Shown here one piece after another: positions 50,596 through 59,740 of a stretch of DNA of 64,000 nt. The stretch's first letter is position 1. Every line of letters starts with the position of its first letter. The notes under the pieces are model-generated. The model was given only the letters and a program-made list of their open reading frames with translations, did no database searches and had not been told where the DNA came from. The stretch comes from Nitrososphaeria archaeon (GTDB taxonomy: Archaea; Thermoproteota; Nitrososphaeria; JACIWG01). Both the position numbers and the translations under genes were made by a program. The stretch is from assembly GCA_963752255.1 (NCBI GenBank), contig CAVVXT010000019.1, forward strand, positions 96,001 to 160,000, given 5' to 3'.

Positions 50596-51150
50596 CTACG
50601 TCAGTAATATACCCTCTATCGCTTTCATCCTGGCCTCCCACTTTTGCTTGAAGTCCACAATGGCAGCGCTGACTTTCGATAGCCCGGTTTGGATCGAAGC
50701 AGGAGCTGAGATGTCGTAAACGAGACTGGATGGAGAGGTAATCGCTAGGAGCTGCACCGCTGAGCTTACAAAGTTGTAATCGCAATCATAAAGTTTGTTG
50801 AGCCGATCCTCGTTGATGCTTATCGTAGCAACAAAGCCGGAGTAGCCCTGCTGAGCGTGTCTCACCTCACCACTCAGTTGCTGAACCTGCAAGATCAACG
50901 AACCAACAGATGTCAGATTCGTATAATCACCAGCGGTAACCATTTGCTTCCTCACGCCCTCTAGGTTCCCCTTCGTTTGGTTTAGCTTGTCCGCTACCTG
51001 GTTGCGAAGGAGGTTGTCAGAGACGCGAAGATCCTCTAGCGTCCTGTAGCCTTTGAGCCCTGGAACCAGTAGTTCAAGCTTCTTCTGAGGACCCCTACTC
51101 TCCTCAACCTGTTCTCTTATGTCTGGATTATCTTGTGACAATTTGATCAT
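50596..51150 (-). CDS. Conserved helical protein co-transcribed with the SPFH gene
   Basis: VPGLKGYRTLEDLRVSDNLLR, HAQQGYSGF, LNKLYDCD; 10 nt upstream of the SPFH gene. Confidence 0.7.
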   Translation of the reverse strand: MIKLSQDNPDIREQVEESRGPQKKLELLVPGLKGYRTLEDLRVSDNLLRNQVADKLNQTKGNLEGVRKQMVTAGDYTNLTSVGSLILQVQQLSGEVRHAQQGYSGFVATISINEDRLNKLYDCDYNFVSSAVQLLAITSPSSLVYDISAPASIQTGLSKVSAAIVDFKQKWEARMKAIEGILLT

Positions 51151-51414
51151 CTATAAACCTATTTCGAATTTTTCAAAAGCTACAGCCTAGTATAAATATC
51201 TTTTGCTCATTCCCCTATAGTTATGTATTTGCATAGAAAATCTACCGATCAGTCCGTCTCATGCCTTACCAACAGCTCTGCTCAGTATCATAATGGCTTG
51301 GAGAGGTGGGATGTCTTTGCTTGGCTCAGAGGATGCCAGAGAGCACTATTCTGATGCAAAGATCATCCTGTGGATGCTTAAACCGGACAGGCAGTAGGAA
51401 GGAGAGCGACCTCA

Positions 51415-52476
51415 ATGGAGCGAAAAGGAGTCAGCTACGACGTAGGACGCGTGATGGGGTTCAATTGGCGCCCCGTCTTTGATCCAAAGATCGTCCATCG
51501 CGAGCTTGAGATCATCAAGGACGACCTGCACTGCAACGCGGTGAGGATCTGCGGCCTCAGCATCGACCGGCTGATGGTGGCAGCGGAGGAGGCACTGAAA
51601 CAAGGGCTGGAGGTGTGGCTTTCGCCCGAAATGTGGGACAAGAGCCCGCAGGAGACACTTGCATACGTCGCCAAAGCCTCCGCGGCAGCCGAAGGGCTGC
51701 GTCAGCGATGGCCGGAAAAGCTGGTGTTCAGTGTTGGTTCGGAGTTGACTCTGCTCATGCGAGGAATCGTCGAAGGCAGAAACATCACGGCGCGCATGAC
51801 CAATCCCAACTTTATGTCCCGTGTAAAGGCCGGAGAGCACAACAAGCCGCTCAACGCGTTCTTGGCGAGGGCGAACGCGGCCGTGAGGGAAGTCTTCCAC
51901 GGCAAGGTGACATACGCCTCGCTCCTCTGGGAGGCGGTCGATTGGAACCTCTTCGACTTCGTGGGCGTTGACCACTACCGAATCACCCGTATGGAAGACA
52001 AATATGTTGAGATGCTCAAGCCCTCTTTTTCACACGGCAAGCCGGTCATCATAACCGAGTTCGGCTACGGCACCTGTCAAACAGGCTTAGGCTCAGAGGG
52101 CTTCCTGAGCTCGGCAGGCCTGAGCGGAGACATCGTCGACCACAGGTCGCAGTTCCTGCACCATGTGCCAATCTTCGGTCGGTTCGTACGGCCGCACCTC
52201 AAGGGCAATCATGTCCGGGACGAGGGATGGCAGGCGCGCAAGCTCGTCGACCAGCTCAACGTACTTGACAGCGCAGGAGTTGATGGCGCTTTCATATTCC
52301 AATTCATCTCTCAAATCAATCCATATAATGATAATCCGATAAACGACCTCGACATGGCGAGCTCCAGCCTGGTGAAATACTACGAGAACGGAAGACACGG
52401 AACAACCTATCCAGATATGACGTGGGAGCCGAAGGAGTCCTTCAGGGCCGTCGCCGACTATTACGCCAATCATTAG
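51415..52476 (+). CDS. Glycoside-hydrolase-like TIM barrel (family often annotated abortive infection protein)
   Basis: GVSYDVG, DLHCNAVRI, VGSE (acid/base position), VTYAS..WE.VDW, ITEFG (nucleophile position), WEPKESF. Confidence 0.75.
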   Translation: MERKGVSYDVGRVMGFNWRPVFDPKIVHRELEIIKDDLHCNAVRICGLSIDRLMVAAEEALKQGLEVWLSPEMWDKSPQETLAYVAKASAAAEGLRQRWPEKLVFSVGSELTLLMRGIVEGRNITARMTNPNFMSRVKAGEHNKPLNAFLARANAAVREVFHGKVTYASLLWEAVDWNLFDFVGVDHYRITRMEDKYVEMLKPSFSHGKPVIITEFGYGTCQTGLGSEGFLSSAGLSGDIVDHRSQFLHHVPIFGRFVRPHLKGNHVRDEGWQARKLVDQLNVLDSAGVDGAFIFQFISQINPYNDNPINDLDMASSSLVKYYENGRHGTTYPDMTWEPKESFRAVADYYANH

Positions 52477-52760
52477 GAGTTGCTGATGCTACTTTTCAAA
52501 GATCTCAATTCCCTGTGCAATTGAGTCGGGAGACAGCCATTGGTGGCGTCTTCTGGATATTGTCGCTGGAGTTCTTCGTTGGACAGCTGTAGCGCAGTCA
52601 GCTTGAAAAGGAACTCACAGCCTGATTTACAACGCCATCACAATCTTCGGGTAACGGTTTGCGTGACAGTCAATATTGGTGGTGTCTCGGGTTACTATTA
52701 CTCCCCCCTCCACAAAGTGATGAACGCCACTTTCATTCTAACCTAGTTGCCCTCCTGATA

Positions 52761-52802
52761 ATTTACCAGTAAATTAGGGTTCAAATCTCACCCCCGGCGC
52801 TA
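52761..52802 (+). repeat. attR-like partial tRNA 3' end preceded by the palindrome ATTTACCAGTAAAT
   Basis: T-arm plus acceptor 3' strand copy only; no 5' half upstream. Confidence 0.65.
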
Positions 52803-52886
52803 TTTCCCGTCTGAGTACATTAAAATTGAAACTTAAAAAGGGCGAGAAAGCTTAATAGCTTTCTACCCATATCTGATACGGTTTAA

Positions 52887-53355
52887 TTGAACAATCAAAT
52901 ATTAGGAAGTGCCAGAACTTATGCTTTCATCGGGTTCATATTTTACCTGCTAGCTACCGCAGCTGGTTTCATAGGCTTATTCGTCATTGGCCTGTTTATC
53001 TATGTACCTAACATCGCCTTCCCCTTCATCCTGATAGCTATAGTCTTCTTGCTGCTGTTCATCCCAGGAATAGTACTGACGATTTTTGCATGGATGACGG
53101 TAAGAAATATTGAGATGGGAAAATATGCTCAAGCGCGCACTTACAGCCTAATACTTGGAATAATAGGTCTATTCTTCGGCGCCATAATCGGCGGCATCTT
53201 CTTCCTTCTCGCCTACGCAAACCTACGGTGAATCGATGACACCGCCGATGGCGGTCCAACCTTTACCACAGAGATTCTGCGTCAACTGCGGCAGAGCTGT
53301 AGTAGCCCCTAACACAAAATATTGCGCCTACTGTGGAAAAGAACTGCCTCCATAG
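52887..53355 (+). CDS. Membrane protein with C-terminal Zn ribbon, split by a 1-nt insertion at ~53226
   Basis: 3-4 TM helices; the shifted frame continues GESMTPP...RFCVNCG...KYCAYCGKELPP*. Confidence 0.7.
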
Positions 53356-53638
53356 AGAAGCCTGCAATTTAAATCGCGTGAATGCAACCTAATGAACTTC
53401 CACTCATCTTGAGAATCTAACTTGAGAAACTCACTTGTTAGCAGCGATTTTAGAATAGATATTGCAAGATCTGCCGAAGGTTGTTGAGTAAGGACACTTG
53501 TTTTAATCGCTATCTTAGATTTATAAAAAACATGTCAGTAAACAGAGTATACAGTGGATAAGAAAAGAACTAAAAGTTAAATAAATTGAATGCGATATTA
53601 TATATTATTTATTAGGAAGTTTTAGAATGGGGTAAACT

Positions 53639-54745
53639 ATGAGAATTGCTTCTATTCAAGCCACAATACATACTATACCAGTGTACGTTCCACTATTGGA
53701 AAAGAATGTGAATTGGCCTATCGTCTTTGTACGTATAGACACCGACGAGGACATAACTGGATTTGGCCTAACTGGTGGAGGGCAGCGTTTCGGAGTCAAA
53801 GAGTTCATAAACAGGGAACTGGCGCCTTTCTTAAAAGGTAAAAATCCTTTGGAAACCGAAGCCTTATGGAATCAAATGTACCTCACACACAACCCGCGAT
53901 CCCAGACGGGAGTTTGGAGTTCAGCAGTGAGCGCAGTCGATATAGCCCTCTGGGACGTAAAAGGTAAACATTACAGAGAACCGGTATGGAGACTCCTAGG
54001 CGGAGCAAAGAAGAAAGTTCCTGCCTACATTACCTTTGGTCTTTTAGATTTTAATCGCGAGCAACTGGTTGAAATGGCTTGCCGCTATGTCCGCGAAGGA
54101 CAGGATAAGCTAAAGATGGTGGTGGCGATTAACAACGCTGAAGACCCAACCGAAGATGCTGCCCGAGTTAAGATGGTGCGAGACTCTATAGGAGACAAAA
54201 CCCAACTAATGGTTGATGCCAACTACCTCTTCTCCCTCAACAACGCATTAGAATTAGCCAAAAAAATAGAGGCATATAACATAACTTGGTTTGAAGAGCC
54301 AGTCTATGGAAATGACGCTAGGCTCCTGGCAGACTTACGAAGGAGAACAATAATACCCATTGCCGCTGGTCAGAATGAAGGCTCTCGCTTTCGTCATCGT
54401 GAACTCTTATTAAATGGAGCAGTAGACATTCTTCAGCCCAACGTATGCTATGTAGGTGGCTACACCGAAGCCTTAAAAGTGGCAGCTATGGCCCAAGCCT
54501 TCAATATCCTTATAGCCAACGGAGGTGGCTGGCCACACCACAACATGCATCTGCAAGCGGCTATGACCAATGGTTGGCGAGTGGAGTTCCATTACTTAAT
54601 GTGGAAAGTGGGAGAAATCATCTTCAAGAATCCTCCTGGACCAGATAAGGGCTGGGTCACTCTCACCGAACAGCCTGGACTAGGCCTAGAGCCAAAGGAT
54701 GAAATCCTTAAAGAATATCTGGAAAAAAACTGTCCTGAAAAGTAG
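53639..54745 (+). CDS. Mandelate racemase/muconate lactonizing enzyme family (enolase superfamily)
   Basis: SAVDIALWD, KLK, MVDAN, WFEEP, AGQN, ILQPN. Confidence 0.92.
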   Translation: MRIASIQATIHTIPVYVPLLEKNVNWPIVFVRIDTDEDITGFGLTGGGQRFGVKEFINRELAPFLKGKNPLETEALWNQMYLTHNPRSQTGVWSSAVSAVDIALWDVKGKHYREPVWRLLGGAKKKVPAYITFGLLDFNREQLVEMACRYVREGQDKLKMVVAINNAEDPTEDAARVKMVRDSIGDKTQLMVDANYLFSLNNALELAKKIEAYNITWFEEPVYGNDARLLADLRRRTIIPIAAGQNEGSRFRHRELLLNGAVDILQPNVCYVGGYTEALKVAAMAQAFNILIANGGGWPHHNMHLQAAMTNGWRVEFHYLMWKVGEIIFKNPPGPDKGWVTLTEQPGLGLEPKDEILKEYLEKNCPEK

Positions 54746-55112
54746 GAGGTCTTGATTTAGAGGCTTAAGACACCCTGCTAAAAATCCGCCCTTCTTCAAA
54801 TTAAATCAGATAAGGTGGACTTGCTTTTATCAAAGGAGCTCCACCAAAGGACCTACTAAGCATAACTCAAACAACGATTTACTTCATGAACATATAGCAT
54901 AACTTATAAAAAAAGAGGAATCAGTAATAAGTGTATGAAGTGGATATATTAATATTGATCAAAAAGAATCGGCGACTGTGAACAAAAGTCTTAATAATAC
55001 GACTTGCAAATTTAATTTTAAATGAGTATACTGATTAGAAAGGATTCAAACGAAAAGTGAAAGCGTATAATGCATGTTAGTTAGATGCGTAATAAATGAC
55101 CAATTTTGATTT

Positions 55113-55307
55113 TTATATAAGATTTAACGCCTTAGCACATGGGAGACAGTGATATTTTCTTGGAGCACCTTTTGAGATGATTGTCTCACCTATGTTGAAA
55201 TCTCTTTTACATTTGTAGCATTTTAGACCATATTCCTTTGCATAGTGACGATGCGAAAGCTTCGACATTATTGTCGCCGTTAATTTGATCTTGATAGTTC
55301 CTGTCAT
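55113..55307 (-). CDS. Small Zn-finger protein
   Basis: CYKC...YHCLPC in a 64-aa ORF with ATG and an upstream TATA-like TATAAGTA. Confidence 0.6.
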   Translation of the reverse strand: MTGTIKIKLTATIMSKLSHRHYAKEYGLKCYKCKRDFNIGETIISKGAPRKYHCLPCAKALNLI

Positions 55308-55489
55308 TTAGCTCAGAGATTTCGTGAAGAATGCTTTATCGCTGTACTTATACTTATAATGGTTGTGATATTTTTGTAGTTTTGCCATTACATTTTCTTT
55401 TTTTAGATCCAACTTCCTATTTTACGAAACAATTAATTTTGGATTCTGTTCCTTTAACCTTTTTAGAATTTTTACTTGCCATTGTTTTT

Positions 55490-55780
55490 TAGTTGCAGAA
55501 AAGTTTGATCAGAACTACGTCAACGGCTCCTTTGATCTTCGACTCCATCGCCTTGCTTGTCCGATTTTTTTAGGAAAGCTTTAGCTTTTCCTGGACAACT
55601 TAATAGCTTAATAGAACCAGCTCGTATCTTGCAACCTCTTCGGCCTGGATTACTTTATACCTTAAATATTCATATTTCGAGGCTTCATCCTTTAATATCA
55701 CCTTGAGCACCCTGTCAAAAGGCCTTTCACCCTTAAGGTTCTCCAGCACCCAATAAAGCGGCCTTCCAGAGCATGTAATC
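55490..55780 (-). pseudogene. Degraded gene fragment, family unrecognised
   Basis: One frame reads ITCSGRPLYWVLENLKGERPFDRVLKVILKDEASKYEYLRYKVIQAEEVARYELV... with two internal TAA stops. Confidence 0.3.
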
Positions 55781-55789
55781 GATTATGAT

Positions 55790-55864
55790 GGACTCGTGGC
55801 TCAGTTTGGATAGAGTACAGGCCCTCTAAGCCTGGGGTCGTGGGTTCAAATCCCACCGGGCTCG
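55790..55864 (+). tRNA. tRNA-Arg(TCT), atypical (C33, mismatched acceptor stem); possibly pseudo
   Basis: GCTC/GAGT D-stem, CAGGC-CCTCTAA-GCCTG, GTGGGTTCAAATCCCAC; acceptor GGACTCG/CGGGCTC. Confidence 0.8.
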
Positions 55865-55877
55865 CTATATTTGATGT

Positions 55878-56521
55878 TCATTCTGATTTTTCGAAGAGAT
55901 GGGATTCAAAGAATGGCATTTTTGATGTTAACAAAGGTTTCCTCTTAAGATAAACGGCAAAAACATCGTCTACGATCATGTCTGCATACCTACAAATAAT
56001 TGCTTCAACGGTTTTTGGTGGCTTGCTGGATTCTGTTGCATGTACACTTATTGCGTGAACGACTTCCAGAGGTAGACCCACGTTTAGAGCTTCATGTGCA
56101 CTGATGAAAGCATAAGCCATCAATTTCCCTACTTCTTTTGTTTCATTTTTGCTTCCTTTTTTGGACTTCTTCCCCCATCCTCCCTCCAAGAGTGCACCGG
56201 CATCGGAAAGATTTGCTGCAGCTATTAAATAGTCCATTTTGACATGTATTTTGAAGGTTTTTTGGCAAAGTTTGCTATTTCTATAGACATTCTGGTAACG
56301 TCGTTAAGGTGCTCCACAAGGGTTTTCTTAATAGGTGAATATGAGGATAATGGATGCAGTAGATCTTCAGGTTCTTCTCCTCCACTTTTTTCTATCAAGT
56401 TCTTCCAGACTTGTATGACCTTTCTTTTTATCTTTTCATCTTCTATCTGGTTCAAGTCGGGAAAAAGCGACAGAATGTGCTCCTCCATTTGATTTTCACT
56501 TACAAATTTAGTTTTAATCAC
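55878..56521 (-). CDS. HD/HDIG-like domain protein, split at the T6 run 56258-56263
   Basis: LVEHLNDV; adding one A gives KKTFKIHVKMDYLIAAANLSDAG; HAISVH, TVEAIICRYAD. The HD motif is altered to SD. Confidence 0.65.
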
Positions 56522-56826
56522 GAACTTAAAAAGTTATGTTCTATTTTATAATGGATTTACTTAAGGAGACTGAGAAGAAACAAGGTTCCTCACGGGATAG
56601 GAACCCTCTTTTTACATTTTAGAAAATAAGATAATACTTTATGTTTATAGCTGTGTTTTATTTTCTCTTTGGTGTTTACAGTAATTTTACACAGGTTCAT
56701 AGACAATTAAGCTCTAGAATTACAAATGGATTAGCATGTTTAGTTGTCACTTGCTCTTGCTCGCTTGGAATGACATCGATAGCAAGACTTATCTTTGAGA
56801 CAGCTTAAATATAAAAAGAAGCCAGT

Positions 56827-57749
56827 TTGGGAATCGAGCCAAAATACAGGAAAAGAAAAAAAACATTCGATGCCATCATTGTCGGTAATCTTTCTGTTGA
56901 CAAGAACACGTGGCCTAAAGGTCAAATTGAAAATGCGCTAGGAGGAGCACCGACTTATTCAGGAAGTACATTTACCAGTTTAGGAAGAAAGACTGGCATT
57001 TTCTCAACTGTAGGAAGAGACCATTTTTCAGAAGTTTTACGCTTCTGTCAATCTAAGAACATTGATACAGCGGGTTTACTCGTTTCCAAACAGGAGACGA
57101 TGATTTTCCAAGAATTCATATAATCAAGATGGAACCAGAAAACAAAAATGTCTTAACAAGGCGCCTGAACTCTTTGTCAAAGACATACCTAAAAACTACA
57201 TGGATAGTGGAGCCTTCTATGTTTCACCACCTAGCGGGGGAGGTCGATGAGGAGCTCCTTAAAGGACTTAGGAGAAAAGGAAGTATTCTGATGCTGGACC
57301 CTCAAGGTTTAATGAGAATTATAGGCAAAAAGGGAGATGTAGATATCGTTCTTGATAAAAATATGTTGAAGAGAATTTTCAGGTTGGTCGATATCGTTAA
57401 GATCGGCAAGGACGAATTCAATGCCTTTGATATGGATGAGAAAGAGATCTTTGATATGCTCGAAAAAACAGGAGTAGGAATTGCCATCATAACTAAAGGT
57501 AAAGACCCTGTAACGATATCATATAGGGGGAGATTATTCGAAATACGAACATTAAACGTTGAAGTTGAAGACCCAACAGGGGCAGGTGATGTTTTTGGCG
57601 CAGCCTTTCTATCAGAATATATGACTGGATTTGATGTTGAAGAAGCTGCAAAATTTGCAGCTACTGCAGCAGGTCTAAAGATAAAATATAAAGGCCCAAG
57701 TGGATTTCCATCAAAAGAAGATATCATAAAACATCTTACCCTGAATTAA
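56827..57749 (+). CDS. PfkB family carbohydrate kinase, two 1-nt insertions (~57109, ~57230)
   Basis: GNLSVD, LGGAPTYS, LDPQG, ITKG, DPTGAGDVFGAAF; the corrected frame is continuous. Confidence 0.85.
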
Positions 57750-57974
57750 ACGAAAAATTATGTAAAGCTGAAACAAATCAACAATGGGATAGCTTTCAAG
57801 GCGACTATAAACATCGTTTCACTTATCTATTTATTATCAGAGAATCTCCAACGATAACAATATTCTTAACGACGTCACTGACAGATCTGCAGACCAAAAA
57901 CCATTGATCGAAAAGATGTAAAAACGTTTAGAAGAAAAGTTAAATAAATTATCTTCTAGATACTATAAATTACC

Positions 57975-58325
57975 ATGAAAAAAAATATTGACAGTAACTT
58001 CGTTTACAAGTTACTAAAACAGGTTCCTAAAGGTAGGGTAACCACATATAAAGCACTCGCTAAGGCAGCGGGGAATCCAAAGGGCTCAAGAGCCGTTGGA
58101 GCCATTATGCGCACGAACCCTTATGCTCCTGTTGTTCCGTGCCATAGGGTTGTCTACAGCGATAGTGGTTTAGGGGGATTTAGTGGTCTAAAAAGACTTA
58201 ATGAGAAGGTGAAGATGCTAAAAGAAGAGGGAGTCATTGTCAAGGATGGAAAGATCGAAGATTTTAGTGAAATCTTCTTTGACGATTTCTCTGCTGAAAA
58301 AACAAAGAATGAGACTTTACCATAG
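57975..58325 (+). CDS. ogt: O6-methylguanine-DNA methyltransferase (MGMT)
   Basis: VPKGRVTTY, RAVG, active-site VPCHRVV. Confidence 0.92.
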   Translation: MKKNIDSNFVYKLLKQVPKGRVTTYKALAKAAGNPKGSRAVGAIMRTNPYAPVVPCHRVVYSDSGLGGFSGLKRLNEKVKMLKEEGVIVKDGKIEDFSEIFFDDFSAEKTKNETLP

Positions 58326-58332
58326 AAAAAAA

Positions 58333-58824
58333 TTATGATACAGCTATTTTGAAGACTTCAATCAAAGCCTCTGCAGTTTCTTTAACCACCCTGCTCATCT
58401 TTTTTCCAAATTCGACCTGCTCTATTTGAACGCCTACTATAAAAAAGCGCATTTTGGGGCTTGCAGAACGCATCACGGCAGCAACTAATTCTATTGGTAT
58501 ACTATGGGTTGAGACTGATATCCCTAACGATTCACCAGATATAAGTTCTTGAACAATTATTGCCCCTGGTTTCTGACCAGCTTGAACCGCGTCCAAGAAG
58601 AAAACGACGTCAGGATTCCGGTTAAGAACCTCGTCTATGCAATTCTCTGGGGTACTATAAGCGATAATCACCTTATCCCGTAAACTATTTTTTTTTAGTT
58701 TACTACCTAAATATATTCCAACTCGATCATCACCGCGAAGCTCGTTACCTATGCAAATTAAGGTAAAATTCTTCGACGATTTTATTAGGGCCTTCAGTGC
58801 TCCAATTGGTGAGCTAGAATCCAC
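58333..58824 (-). CDS. Hydrogenase maturation endopeptidase (HycI-like)
   Basis: IGNELRGDD, TPEN, LDAV, STHSIP, GVQ. Confidence 0.88.
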   Translation of the reverse strand: MDSSSPIGALKALIKSSKNFTLICIGNELRGDDRVGIYLGSKLKKNSLRDKVIIAYSTPENCIDEVLNRNPDVVFFLDAVQAGQKPGAIIVQELISGESLGISVSTHSIPIELVAAVMRSASPKMRFFIVGVQIEQVEFGKKMSRVVKETAEALIEVFKIAVS

Positions 58825-59120
58825 AGCATAAAGTTGACAACAAGATATAGAAAAACCTATGTTTTGATCCTAAACCATCTGATCTTAAATAGTTAATTTA
58901 ACAGTCAACGTTTACGAATCTTAATGTAAGTATGAAGACAGCAACTATATGTTCCATATCTGACATAGGAAGAAGAACTGTATCCTCCATTTTCCAAGCA
59001 AGGCCTTTTTGGATAAAAGGAGTAGTTGTACGTGCCATCAGGAAGAGATAAACTGCAATACTGTAATGTACTGGCCTTTTTTTAGTTACATTTAAACGCT
59101 TAAACCGCTTTTTAAGGTTT

Positions 59121-59672
59121 TTAACTCCACCATTTCTTCTTTAAAGGCATAGCGATTATTTCTCTAACCTCCAGCTTCTTCATTGTGTCTGTGCTAAAAA
59201 TGTCTTCAGTTTTTGTAGCTCTTGCTACAATCGCTGTGTCAGCTCCTCTTCCACTATCACCGACACCAATAACATCTTCGTACAAGTTTACAACAGAAGC
59301 GTCAGAAGCCATCAAAATTACCTCGACTGCGACTTTAAATCCTTGACCAAGAGCGTAGTAAGAATTTCTGATGTCATCCATACCTTTTTTGTGAAGTACT
59401 GGATATATCTGATCTATGGCTGTTCCCCCTAGTTTGGCGATTTTCTCCATAGCGGAAGACTTCATCTTTTCATGCGAAACTGCAACGATTTTAGCTTTGT
59501 TCTTAAATTTCTCAACGAATTTTAATGCTGTATACCCAGATGTACTTGCAACAACGATGAACCTAATATCTGCCTTTTGAATCCTTTTTAGAACTGTTTA
59601 TATGATTGTATCGGTGTCATCTGGTCCCGGTTCTTGAAAATAGACAGAATTATATTCTATTTTTGAAGGCAT
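59121..59672 (-). pseudogene. Pyruvate kinase C-terminal-like domain protein (MTH1675/COG1751) with an in-frame TAA at 59598-59600
   Basis: YFQEPGPDDT..*..VVASTSGYTA, GQGFKVAVE, SGRGADTA, REIIAMP in one frame. Confidence 0.8.
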
Positions 59673-59740
59673 GTTCCACTTTCCTTGATTATCGATATTT
59701 AAGATTTACCTTGCACTTTTCCATAAATCTTTAATGACCT

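Larger units (their letters stand above)
49268..52802. mobile_element. tRNA-Ser-anchored genomic islet (no integrase visible)
   Basis: Direct repeat gggttcaaatcccactcccggcgcca (49268-49293) vs gggttcaaatctcacccccggcgcta (52777-52802), 23/26 identical; cargo visibly more GC-rich. Confidence 0.65.

Noticed and set aside
56584-56613. Hairpin GGTTCCT-N8-AGGAACC followed by a T-tract
   Set aside because: It looks like a bacterial terminator, but no plus-strand gene ends upstream and a 7-bp stem can arise by chance.
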